Positions 29,155-40,473 of a stretch of DNA of 64,000 nt are shown in pieces. The DNA lies in contig JAZDLR010000016.1 of the NCBI GenBank assembly GCA_043801745.1, positions 70,331 through 134,330 on the forward strand. The letters are read 5' to 3'. Both the position numbers and the translations under genes were made by a program. The notes under the pieces are model-generated. The model saw only the letters and a list, made by a program, of their open reading frames with translations. It had not been told where the DNA came from and ran no database searches. Numbering within the stretch: position 1 is the stretch's first letter; each line of letters begins with the position of its first letter. The DNA comes from Candidatus Komeilibacteria bacterium (GTDB taxonomy: Bacteria > Patescibacteriota > Patescibacteriia > UBA1558 > 2-01-FULL-52-15).

Positions 29155-29228
29155 TTGAAGAGGTGACAAGTAAGCGGCCACTCGGTTTACCGGGTGGCCG
29201 CTTTAAAATACAAAAAAAGTCAGGGACT

Positions 29229-29861
29229 CTATTTTTTTTCTTTTATTTGTCCATCTAATCCGCCGTAATTTATAGCGGGAAGAGCGATCTCGTTAAATCT
29301 AGGATCGGCTTGTTTAGGAATCGGCGCAGTTATGTCTTTCATTTTTGGGCTTCCGGGCTTTACTGGTTCCTGCCTGATTACTTGTATATGGATGTCTCCA
29401 CCGACAAAGCCAAGCGTAACGTGAAAATCTTTCGGGGGCAGTCCGTGTTCAGAGCGAAATTTTTGCAGCGCGGGTATTTCGAAGGAAACAAAAGTAGTCT
29501 TTTTCACCTTATCTACTTCTCGCATTTGCTGTTCGGTAGCAGCTCCGTCAATGAAACCAAGCCCCATTACTGTAATACCCTGGCCATTTTGTAGGTCGGT
29601 ATTAATTTGCTGAAGTTCAGCTAGTGCTTCATCATCTAACGTGCTCAAAATTTTGCTCTCGGTAGGACTAATAATTGTTAAATGATAACCATCGGCCCTG
29701 GGCTGAAGGTCAGCGCCAGTAATAGTCTTTACGGCTTCTAGCGCCGGCGTGAAATCTGCCTGTATTTCTATTTCTAGGGTTTGCATATCGGCCAGACGCT
29801 CGCGGGTTAATTCGGGCGCTTTCTTTAGCAGTTCATCCGTACTCCATTCATGATTTGTCAT
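29229..29861 (-). CDS. 2H phosphoesterase superfamily protein (LigT/2',5'-RNA-ligase-like)
   Basis: Two H-x-T-x motifs (GYHLTII and FHVTLGF) spaced ~90 aa apart, as in LigT-like cyclic phosphodiesterases. Confidence 0.5.
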   Translation of the reverse strand: MTNHEWSTDELLKKAPELTRERLADMQTLEIEIQADFTPALEAVKTITGADLQPRADGYHLTIISPTESKILSTLDDEALAELQQINTDLQNGQGITVMGLGFIDGAATEQQMREVDKVKKTTFVSFEIPALQKFRSEHGLPPKDFHVTLGFVGGDIHIQVIRQEPVKPGSPKMKDITAPIPKQADPRFNEIALPAINYGGLDGQIKEKK

Positions 29862-30052
29862 AATAAAATCTATTAATTTATTAAATCTGCGTCAATTGTA
29901 ACAGGTTGGTGTTGGAGCAGCAATATAGATAATTGACTTCTGTCGCAAAATACATTATAAAATAGTGGCTATTCATTGAAATCGGCCAGAGTTCCTCCGT
30001 CTGCCAACTGGCGGAGCGGGCAGGGGCGAAATTGACTTCGTACTTAGTTTGA

Positions 30053-30137
30053 GGGCGAATGGTGAAATTGGTATACACGCTAGCTTTAGGAGCTAGTGGC
30101 GCAAGCCGTGAGAGTTCGAGTCTCTCTTCGCCCACCA
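30053..30137 (+). tRNA. tRNA-Leu (TAG)
   Basis: Acceptor GGGCGAA/TTCGCCC. Anticodon loop TTTAGGA. Long variable arm. T-arm GAGAGTTCGAGTCTCTC. Encoded CCA. Confidence 0.85.
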
Positions 30138-30198
30138 TGTCTGTGCAGGACAGGAGAATTCGTCTTCCTAAGCAAGCTCTTTTGCACAATATTAGTTT

Positions 30199-30222
30199 GG
30201 GTTCGTAGCTCAGATGGTTAGA
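30199..30222 (+). pseudogene. tRNA-Val 5' half (GGGTTCGTAGCTCAGATGGTTAGA, positions 1-22) followed by GC-rich trailer CCCGCCCGCCATGCTTCGC
   Basis: Identical D-arm to the intact tRNA-Val 60 nt downstream. Ends between D-stem positions 22 and 23. Confidence 0.6.
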
Positions 30223-30281
30223 CCCGCCCGCCATGCTTCGCTGCTTAAAATAATAATTAATAAAATTAACCAACTGTCCAT

Positions 30282-30358
30282 GGGAATGTAGCTCAGATGG
30301 TTAGAGCGCTACATTGACATTGTAGAGGTCACAGGTTCGATTCCTGTCATTCCCACCA
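30282..30358 (+). tRNA. tRNA-Val (GAC)
   Basis: Acceptor GGGAATG/CATTCCC. Anticodon loop TTGACAT. T-loop GGTTCGATTCC. Encoded CCA. Confidence 0.9.
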
Positions 30359-30397
30359 TTGGTAGTCTGGCCCGCACAGCATGGCGAAGCGGGCGGG

Positions 30398-30452
30398 GCG
30401 CTACATTGACATTGTAGAGGTCATTCCGCCGCTGGCGGGACATCGCCCACCA
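30398..30452 (+). pseudogene. tRNA-Val 3' fragment (GCGCTACATTGACATTGTAGAGGTCA...CCCACCA) preceded by leader GCACAGCATGGCGAAGCGGGCGGG complementary to the trailer at 30223-30241
   Basis: Anticodon arm identical to tRNA-Val(GAC). T-arm degenerate. The 3' end resembles that of tRNA-Leu(TAG). Confidence 0.5.
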
Positions 30453-30521
30453 TTAGCCGATATATGTAATTTAACAACTCGACGGTATTGACATGGAAGC
30501 GGTCTATAGTACAATAGTCTT

Positions 30522-31214
30522 ATGAGACCTTATTCATACAACTCTTTGAAGGCGCCAGTTATGGCTTTACGACGAAGAGGGAAAACGTACGCCGAGATTT
30601 GTGCGCATTTACAGGTTCCGATTGCAAAAAGCACCATCTCCTATTGGTGTAAGGATGTGAAGCTCACCAAACAATCGAAGCAACAACTAAAGCATCGTGT
30701 AGAAACGCATCTAGCTAAGCAAAGGGTTTTGGCGTTAAAAGCTAATATTGCCAGGAGGAATAGGTATTTAAAAGAAGTTGATAAACGGGTTTCACATTTG
30801 GGTTCTCACCTAAAAAACAGAAGCGTGGGAAAAATAGTTTTGTCCATACTTTATTGGTGCGAAGGGAAGGGTTCGCAAAGCAGTTCCTTAACATTTGGTA
30901 ACTCAAACCCAGAAATTATTAAGCTATTCTTATCAGTTCTTAGAAAGAATTACGACATAGATGAAGCAAAGTTTCGTTGCACACTACAAGGAAGAGCTGA
31001 CCAAGGAATTAGGGAATTGGAAAAATATTGGTCAACGGTCACTGAAATACCATTGTCACAATTCTATAAGGCACGAATTGATCCGCGGTCAGCAGGCAAA
31101 ACTTCAAGAAAGAAAAACTATAAAGGCGTTTGTAGGATAGATTACTTTTCTGCAGATATCTTTCATGAATTAAAAGCAATACAAAAAAGTTTAATTAAAA
31201 ATATGGGCCTGTAG
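30522..31214 (+). CDS. LAGLIDADG-like homing endonuclease with N-terminal HTH
   Basis: KIVLSILYWCEGKGSQ followed by TFGNSNPEIIKLFLSVLRKNY resembles a degenerate LAGLIDADG block and its following helix. Basic HTH-like N-terminus. The 3' end overlaps tRNA-Ala by 10 nt. Confidence 0.5.
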   Translation: MRPYSYNSLKAPVMALRRRGKTYAEICAHLQVPIAKSTISYWCKDVKLTKQSKQQLKHRVETHLAKQRVLALKANIARRNRYLKEVDKRVSHLGSHLKNRSVGKIVLSILYWCEGKGSQSSSLTFGNSNPEIIKLFLSVLRKNYDIDEAKFRCTLQGRADQGIRELEKYWSTVTEIPLSQFYKARIDPRSAGKTSRKKNYKGVCRIDYFSADIFHELKAIQKSLIKNMGL

Positions 31215-31281
31215 CGCAGTTGGTTAGCGCGTTTGCATGGCATGCAAGAGGTCGAGGGTTCGAATCCCTCCAGGTCCACCA
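31205..31281 (+). tRNA. tRNA-Ala (GGC)
   Basis: G3:U70 pair in the acceptor stem. Anticodon loop ATGGCAT. T-loop GGTTCGAATCC. Encoded CCA. Confidence 0.85.
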
Positions 31282-31567
31282 AAGCATTAAGCAGGGTTAT
31301 TTGACGCTGTTTTTTGTTAATTTATGGCCTATATTACCTATATTAATATGCTACTTGACAGATAATATATTATATGCTATACTTAAGTATTACGGTAAAT
31401 ATTGGCTTTTTACGTTATCCTGGTTCTTTTATAAAACGGGAGAAAAATAAGCGGAATCCTTCTTATTTCCACCCATGTGGGTAGTGTTTTGGGCGCCTAC
31501 TCAGGTTCTCAGCGCACTACCCATTTCGGACGGAAAAAGACAACTCAAACCAACGGAGGATCAAACC

Positions 31568-32344
31568 ATGCGCATTCTCATCATCGACGACAGTAGCCTT
31601 TGGATCGAGCAGGGCAAGAAGCTCCTCGAGCCGGCCGGTCACGAAGTGGCCGGTGTGCTGGTCGGCGATCCCAACCTCTTCACAACGGAATCGTTGCTGC
31701 AGTCGGTTGGTGCTGCCTTTCAAGAGACCGACGTGCTGTTGGTCGACAAGGACTTCGGTGCTGGGATCACGTCCACGCGGCTGATCTGCGTGGTCAGGAG
31801 CTGGTTTCCCCAGCTGCCGATCATCCGCTGGACCGGTGGCTACGACCAGAAGCCTTACATGGGTTATCTGGGCGTGAGTCAGATGGAGAAGCCCACTCGG
31901 AAGAATGAGGTCAAGTTCATCGAGACCTTCAACGGGGCTCTCGAGGAGCAGCGGCTCATCTTGTCCGGACCCATGGGCATCTTTGCCGCTCTGGATGAGA
32001 CGGCCAAGCCCGACGAGTACGCGGCCGAGAGTCGGGCTCAGCGGCTGCGGCAGATTGCCGAAATCAGCCAGCTCGCCCGCAAGGATCGGGCGGAGTCGAA
32101 GGATTGGCGTTATCCCTGGATGATCACCGGGCAGGCCGGTGGTGCGACCAAGCACGAGCTCGGCCACGCCATCTGCGACGGCCATCTCACGGCCGAGGAC
32201 ATCCGTCCTCACCTGGCGGATCTGCAGTTGGTCATCGCCAAGTTCGAGGCCGCCGGCGAGATCGACGACCGGTTCCGGATCTGCGCCGAGTTCATCAAGG
32301 CTGGCAATCTGGACGAGCTTGAGCTGGTCCGGCACTGCTACTAG
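31568..32344 (+). CDS. orphan response-regulator receiver (REC) domain protein with C-terminal HExxH domain
   Basis: MRILIIDDS...VLLVDKDF receiver pattern. C-terminal KHELGHAICDGH (HExxH). ~63% GC by eye. GGAGGA RBS. The 272-aa antisense ORF is judged spurious. Confidence 0.65.
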   Translation: MRILIIDDSSLWIEQGKKLLEPAGHEVAGVLVGDPNLFTTESLLQSVGAAFQETDVLLVDKDFGAGITSTRLICVVRSWFPQLPIIRWTGGYDQKPYMGYLGVSQMEKPTRKNEVKFIETFNGALEEQRLILSGPMGIFAALDETAKPDEYAAESRAQRLRQIAEISQLARKDRAESKDWRYPWMITGQAGGATKHELGHAICDGHLTAEDIRPHLADLQLVIAKFEAAGEIDDRFRICAEFIKAGNLDELELVRHCY

Positions 32345-32371
32345 CAGAACCGGCCTCCCGTGTGAAACACG

Positions 32372-32407
32372 CCCCGTGGCAGAACATCGCCACGGGGTTT
32401 TCTTTTA
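32372..32407 (+). terminator. intrinsic terminator (CCCCGTGGC...GCCACGGGG + TTTTCTTTT)
   Basis: Seen directly. Confidence 0.65.
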
Positions 32408-32460
32408 TATATAAATTTTTCCCTGTTTACAGCACCTAAGATATTAGCTATTCTATTAGC

Positions 32461-33561
32461 ATGGATATTAAAGATGCCACATTTTTGACCACTAAAGACG
32501 AGGAGTTACTTTGGCCTCTTGTGAAGGAATTACCACCCGATTATCAACTGCCGGCTTTTGGCAGTAATGAAGTTATTGGTGGAGAAGATATTAAAATTGA
32601 ACATCCGGAGATTATCAGCGTTATACCAAGCGGTACGGTTTTGAAAGCTGAAACCCTAATCCAAGTTTCTTATGCTCCTCGGCGTTTGGAGACGATGAAT
32701 TTCGCGACTTACCTGCGTAATCTCGGATCTCACTATATTGAATACGAACGATTGACGGCTCAAGAACCGGACATGTCGTTCGGAGAAATGATGGTTAAGC
32801 TTCATAAAATTGGTATTAAAGAACGCCACGAAGCTTATAGGAGACTTGAGAGAAAGTTTGGCAAAGAAGGGTCAAAAGCTGAACAGAATCAAGCTGTGTC
32901 GCGTCACGAGCATTCACTGTTAGTGTGTAAAGCTATCAATGATCTAGGTATTCCTGGTATTCAGGCAGAGCAGGCGCCGAAAGAAGATTATCTCGATGAG
33001 ATTGATGAATATTTAATTCTGGACCCAATAGCGATGGAAACAAACGGTACGGAATCCGGGACCCCCATATATATTGGTATACAGCGCTCGTTTGAAAATA
33101 AGCTGGATGAAGTCAGGCGTAATCCGGTTAAATATATTGCTGAGAAAGCTGGACAAGGAGCGATTTTTCGTTTCTTTTTGCCTGACGAGGATGAGAATTA
33201 TCAGGATATCTATGAAAAATTGGTTAACCGACGGGATGCGCTTCTGGAGAAAGAGGCCAAACAGCAAGGAATGACCATAGTGGAGTATATTGAACAATCA
33301 GCCAGACGAAAAGGTTTATCAGAAAAGAAATTTATGCAGAGCAAGTTGCAGTCCATTCCCATTACCAAATATTTACCTCACGGAGAGCAGCAGCAAATTG
33401 CCTGGGCTAAGCAAATATTGGGTGAAGCAGAAGAGCAGTTTATCAAGCTTAAAGGTAATCAGACTGAAAGACGTTTACTGGATCGCTTAAATTCCTGTTT
33501 GCGCGTTGTGATGCAAGCCAAGAGTTTGGTGATTGATGAGCAGCTTGATTTAGCAGTATAA
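32461..33561 (+). CDS. hypothetical protein
   Basis: 366-aa ORF with host-like composition. No recognisable motif. Followed by a strong terminator. Confidence 0.6.
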   Translation: MDIKDATFLTTKDEELLWPLVKELPPDYQLPAFGSNEVIGGEDIKIEHPEIISVIPSGTVLKAETLIQVSYAPRRLETMNFATYLRNLGSHYIEYERLTAQEPDMSFGEMMVKLHKIGIKERHEAYRRLERKFGKEGSKAEQNQAVSRHEHSLLVCKAINDLGIPGIQAEQAPKEDYLDEIDEYLILDPIAMETNGTESGTPIYIGIQRSFENKLDEVRRNPVKYIAEKAGQGAIFRFFLPDEDENYQDIYEKLVNRRDALLEKEAKQQGMTIVEYIEQSARRKGLSEKKFMQSKLQSIPITKYLPHGEQQQIAWAKQILGEAEEQFIKLKGNQTERRLLDRLNSCLRVVMQAKSLVIDEQLDLAV

Positions 33562-33574
33562 TTTTTTAAATGTA

Positions 33575-33613
33575 ATCGCCGCGTCGATGTTCAACGACGC
33601 GGCGATTTTTTTC
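33575..33613. terminator. bidirectional intrinsic terminator (ATCGCCGCGTCG...CGACGCGGCGAT + T7)
   Basis: 12-bp perfect stem with flanking A/T runs between convergent genes. Confidence 0.7.
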
Positions 33614-33624
33614 TCAGGCAGTTT

Positions 33625-33927
33625 TTAGCCAATGGCATGGCGGGCCTCCGGAGGTATACTCTTGATGTCCCAGATCTCCTCCGGACTGAAAATCCTAGAA
33701 TGATTACTGCCACTGTGGTGATAGATAATCGTGACTCCCTGCACACTACCGGTGATTTCCACGACACTTTCAGTCATTCCTGCGCGGAAAAGAAAATTCA
33801 GACTGTCCCGTAGTTTCCAGGTTATGGTGCGGCTGTCATCACCCGACAGAACCTCACTGGCCCTGACTATTAATTGCAGTTCCCGAGCAGGAAAAGATTT
33901 GTCCTGATTCAGATCGTGTATCTTCAT
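33625..33927 (-). CDS. hypothetical protein
   Basis: 100-aa ORF. No recognisable motif. Confidence 0.4.
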   Translation of the reverse strand: MKIHDLNQDKSFPARELQLIVRASEVLSGDDSRTITWKLRDSLNFLFRAGMTESVVEITGSVQGVTIIYHHSGSNHSRIFSPEEIWDIKSIPPEARHAIG

Positions 33928-34595
33928 CGATGTCCTCCCTATCTGTTGCCGTCATGCCAGCGGGCTGGCTTTCGTAAAGTACTAATGTTGTGAATTTCAT
34001 ATTTAGCATAACGAAGTAGTATTGTCAACAAGCGGGGAGAAGATGTTGAAAAACTGTCCCTAACTTAGGGCCAATTAGCTATTTGACAATGCTAGTAATT
34101 CGCTCTATAATACCTTACGAACTTCAGAAAGTTCCCCAAGTTGATAAGAATTAGCTAATATTAGTCAAAAAAATGGCTTTATCAGTAACTAGCTTAACCA
34201 TGTAGTGGATTTTGGGGATATTTTTTGGCCTCGGAATCCGCGTCTGCCGCGGTTTTTGTTCCTCTGCAGCACCTTACAATCTAGAAATCTTCAGAAAAAT
34301 GTTGAGAATCCCAGATTCAAGCCACTTTTCTGGATGTTTCAGTCCTGCCGCTAACGTAATCGTTAACGCTGGGGCGAAGTGAACTTTGACAACTGAATAT
34401 TCATGAGCATCTTAATTCGCACCGTTTACTAACGGTGTCAATTGTAGAGAGACTCTCTCGTAAAAAATATATAAATATGCTTGCCCTATACCATGTAAGG
34501 TGTAGGGAGACGGTGATACGCCGCCGGGTACTTCAAGTCCGGTGGTATCTTCCTCCTTCGCTCTTCGAGCTAGGGAGGACAAAGAAGCTTCTAAA

Positions 34596-37815
<3,220 letters not shown>

Positions 37816-38202
37816 CTAAAGCTTTGCAAGCTTTATGTCCCCCATAGTTTTATACGAAGGGGGAAGATTGATTCACCATCTTTACCGATTGGGTATAGTC
37901 CGCTATACTAGTTCGGTAATTAGCATATTATATATAGAGAGTTATTGCTCATGAATATTCACAATCGAAACACTGGAGTTATTACCCTAGTTGTTGTATG
38001 TATTGGCCTGGTTGTTTTAGTGGGGGCAGTATTATTACTGACCCCGATTGATCCCAGCCTGCTGCATTAAATAATTATTTAAAGGGTGACCCCGCTATCG
38101 GCCGTAGGCCGAGCGGGGCAAGCAGTGTCCCCGCCTTCGCTCCTCGTTATACTCGGAGCTACGGCGGGCAAGTAGGTACTTTTTAAAAAATCGAGCATAG
38201 TG

Positions 38203-38322
38203 TTTCCGGTACTCTTCGCGGAGAGGCAACACCTGATCCCATCCCGAACTCAGCAGTTAAGCTCTCCAGCGCCGATGGTAGTTCCCTGCAACGCGGGGCG
38301 CAAGAGTAGGTCAGTGCCGGAT
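38203..38322 (+). rRNA. rrf: 5S ribosomal RNA
   Basis: CCTGATCCCATCCCGAACTCAGCAGTTAAGC...GCCGATGGTAGT...GAGTAGGTCAGTGCC conserved 5S blocks. Confidence 0.8.
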
Positions 38323-38443
38323 ACAGTGCGCTCGATTTTTTGTTAGAAAAGTATTTGCGCCGACCTGCCCACCGGAGTCCCGAGCTTGCCGAGGGACGAA
38401 GGAGGGTGGCTGAGTCCCCCGTAGCTTTAGCGAAGGGGGATAG

Positions 38444-38490
38444 TTCCCTGCAACGCGGGGCGCAAGAGTAGGTCAGTGCCTGGACATTGT
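38444..38490 (+). repeat. duplicated 3' fragment of 5S rRNA (GATAGTTCCCTGCAACGCGGGGCGCAAGAGTAGGTCAGTGCC)
   Basis: Near-identical to 5S positions ~38275-38318. Followed by a duplicated GGACATTGT[T/C]ACTCTTTTTT terminator-like unit (again at ~38578-38605). Confidence 0.7.
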
Positions 38491-38731
38491 TACTCTTTTT
38501 TAGTTTGTTTTAAGTCAGAAAGCTAGCCACCGCCAGCGGAACCATAATCAGCCACTGCTCGCCCTGCCTCTGGCGGGGGGACATTGTCACTCTTTTTTGT
38601 TTTGCTCTAATGCGCAAAACAACCCTGAGCGAGACTAGATTAGTGGATTTTTAATGTAGTATTTTAGCTAGTATTAGTCATTTTATTATGGTTTAGACGA
38701 ACATGTATAGAACAGGGAGTATACGTCCTTC

Positions 38732-39121
38732 GTGACTTGTGCTATACTACAAACTATGAAGAGTAATATATCCACAGAAAAGTTGATGGAGGCCATGAGA
38801 GATTATTCGAGGGATAGCCTTAGGGTTTTGCGTTATATGGTTTATCACTACCCTTCCAAGAAAGTCTTTTTTTCATCGGAGTTTGAGTCAGTATTAAAAA
38901 AGGAAGGTAAGTCACTGGGCGGAGTTATGGGTTCATTTTCTAAGCGTAAAAACATTCCTTTGGTTATTAAATTGGGTTACGTCATTACTAATTGGGAGGG
39001 CAAGGTTGTAAAAAAAAGAGCCGAGCCAGTATGGGCTATAAATCCTAAACTAGATCCCAGAGTCATTATGGACATAAGGAATATTTTAGTACATGATTTT
39101 TATCTAGATGAACCAATGTAA
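38732..39121 (+). CDS. hypothetical protein (AT-rich module, gene 1)
   Basis: 129-aa ORF (start possibly at MKSNIS, 38756). ~33% GC by eye, lower than the host background. Confidence 0.5.
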   Translation: MTCAILQTMKSNISTEKLMEAMRDYSRDSLRVLRYMVYHYPSKKVFFSSEFESVLKKEGKSLGGVMGSFSKRKNIPLVIKLGYVITNWEGKVVKKRAEPVWAINPKLDPRVIMDIRNILVHDFYLDEPM

Positions 39122-39123
39122 AT

Positions 39124-40041
39124 ATGACACCGGATTTTAAAAAGGATATGAATGCCGTACAAAATTTTTTTTGGGGCAAAATTCCAAAGAAAATTAGATT
39201 TTTTATTGGCGTCGTTATCCTCTGTGTTGGTATAGTGGTCGGCTACGTGAGATTTTTAATGCCTAACGAGGCGAATCAGTTATTTATTAGTGAAAAAAAT
39301 GGGCAGAAGGTCGAACTGACAAATTCAAATGTATCCGGTGGCATTACGCTGAATGGTGATGGTTCATCATCTAAAGATGATGCTACAATTCAGGTTCTTG
39401 GGGTTCAAAGTGATTGTGAGTTGCCTTTAGAAACAAATTTTAGTGACAATTCTAGGTGGATTGCTGAACAATGGTTTTTTATACCCGAAGAAACTGGCTC
39501 TCACACTTATTGCCCGCAACTCACAGAAAAGAATCCGGTAAGGGTCACCTATTTAGATTGTTCCCTGGGGCTACCTTACAGCGTAGAGTTAACCGCTGTT
39601 CCTCGGTCGTTAGAACATTCAAATATAATAATTCAGTATGAGAATATATTTAGGTGTATTATTGGAGATGGCAATTATCTCCATATTGCTTGTGAGGAAT
39701 GGTCACCACGTGAAAAAAATTATCACAGAATTCGTGAGGATAATAGCAAAATTGAGACTCCACGTCTTAATGGAGATATTGGGGTCGCACCACAAACGGC
39801 TATAACTACAATAGTAAGTGTAAAGGGTGTAAAGAATACCAATACATTAAACGTCGAGCTGGTCGTTTCCTATATACCTGCGGACTCTCCATCTTTAATT
39901 AAGAAAAAAAATTTTAAATATACCATTCATTTAGATCGAAATAGTGCCGACGTCTCTTCTCATATTGGTATTGGAATGATCGATAATGATTATAAAGGTG
40001 ATGTTTGTATCGAACCGCTGAATCTGAAGTTATTTGACTAA
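39124..40041 (+). CDS. hypothetical N-terminally anchored extracytoplasmic protein (AT-rich module, gene 2)
   Basis: N-terminal TM FFIGVVILCVGIVVGYV then a 260-aa Cys-containing domain. 3 nt after gene 1. Confidence 0.6.
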   Translation: MTPDFKKDMNAVQNFFWGKIPKKIRFFIGVVILCVGIVVGYVRFLMPNEANQLFISEKNGQKVELTNSNVSGGITLNGDGSSSKDDATIQVLGVQSDCELPLETNFSDNSRWIAEQWFFIPEETGSHTYCPQLTEKNPVRVTYLDCSLGLPYSVELTAVPRSLEHSNIIIQYENIFRCIIGDGNYLHIACEEWSPREKNYHRIREDNSKIETPRLNGDIGVAPQTAITTIVSVKGVKNTNTLNVELVVSYIPADSPSLIKKKNFKYTIHLDRNSADVSSHIGIGMIDNDYKGDVCIEPLNLKLFD

Positions 40042-40172
40042 CTTATGAAATTTGTTGCCGACCTTTACGAGCACTTTCGGTTTGGAAGATCCGGCCCGCA
40101 TTAGGTTGCTGTTCCAGTTATTTTATTGTAATCTGAATTTGCTCTTTGTTCCTCATTCAAAGGAGATATGTC

Positions 40173-40352
40173 ATGCCGAAGCATAGGGATACTCAGACAT
40201 CAAGAAGCGAGGTCATTGTTCGTCGGGTCAATCATAGACAGGTACAGCAATGGCTAACGCGGCACGCCGGACGTACCGATGAGGCCATCCGTCGTATCGA
40301 TCGTTTGGCCATTGAGTCACTAGTCAAGGCCAGCTCGCTGGTGGCGGGCTAG
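40173..40352 (+). CDS. hypothetical small basic protein (GC-rich islet)
   Basis: ATG after AAAGGAG. 59 aa. Followed by the intrinsic terminator at 40381-40412. Confidence 0.4.
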   Translation: MPKHRDTQTSRSEVIVRRVNHRQVQQWLTRHAGRTDEAIRRIDRLAIESLVKASSLVAG

Positions 40353-40380
40353 TCCTGACTAGTGACTCTGTATTCGGCAC

Positions 40381-40412
40381 AAAGTCGCCAGGTTACTGGC
40401 GACTTTTGCGTT
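40381..40412 (+). terminator. intrinsic terminator (AAAGTCGCCAG...CTGGCGACTTT + TGCGTT)
   Basis: Seen directly. Confidence 0.55.
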
Positions 40413-40473
40413 GCTGGATTTTGCCATTATTTTTTAATTTGCCAATTTATTATTAGTTAGGTAAGGTAACCCT

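Noticed and set aside
28540-29181. 213-aa minus-strand ORF antisense to the 28558-29154 gene
   Set aside because: Same reasoning: GC-rich antisense artefact. The plus-strand ORF has AAGGAG + ATG and a downstream terminator.
31517-32335. 272-aa minus-strand ORF covering the whole REC-domain gene
   Set aside because: Antisense ORF in a ~63% GC block. The plus-strand frame has a clear receiver-domain pattern and a canonical SD, and the minus frame is Arg/Gly/Pro-rich low complexity.
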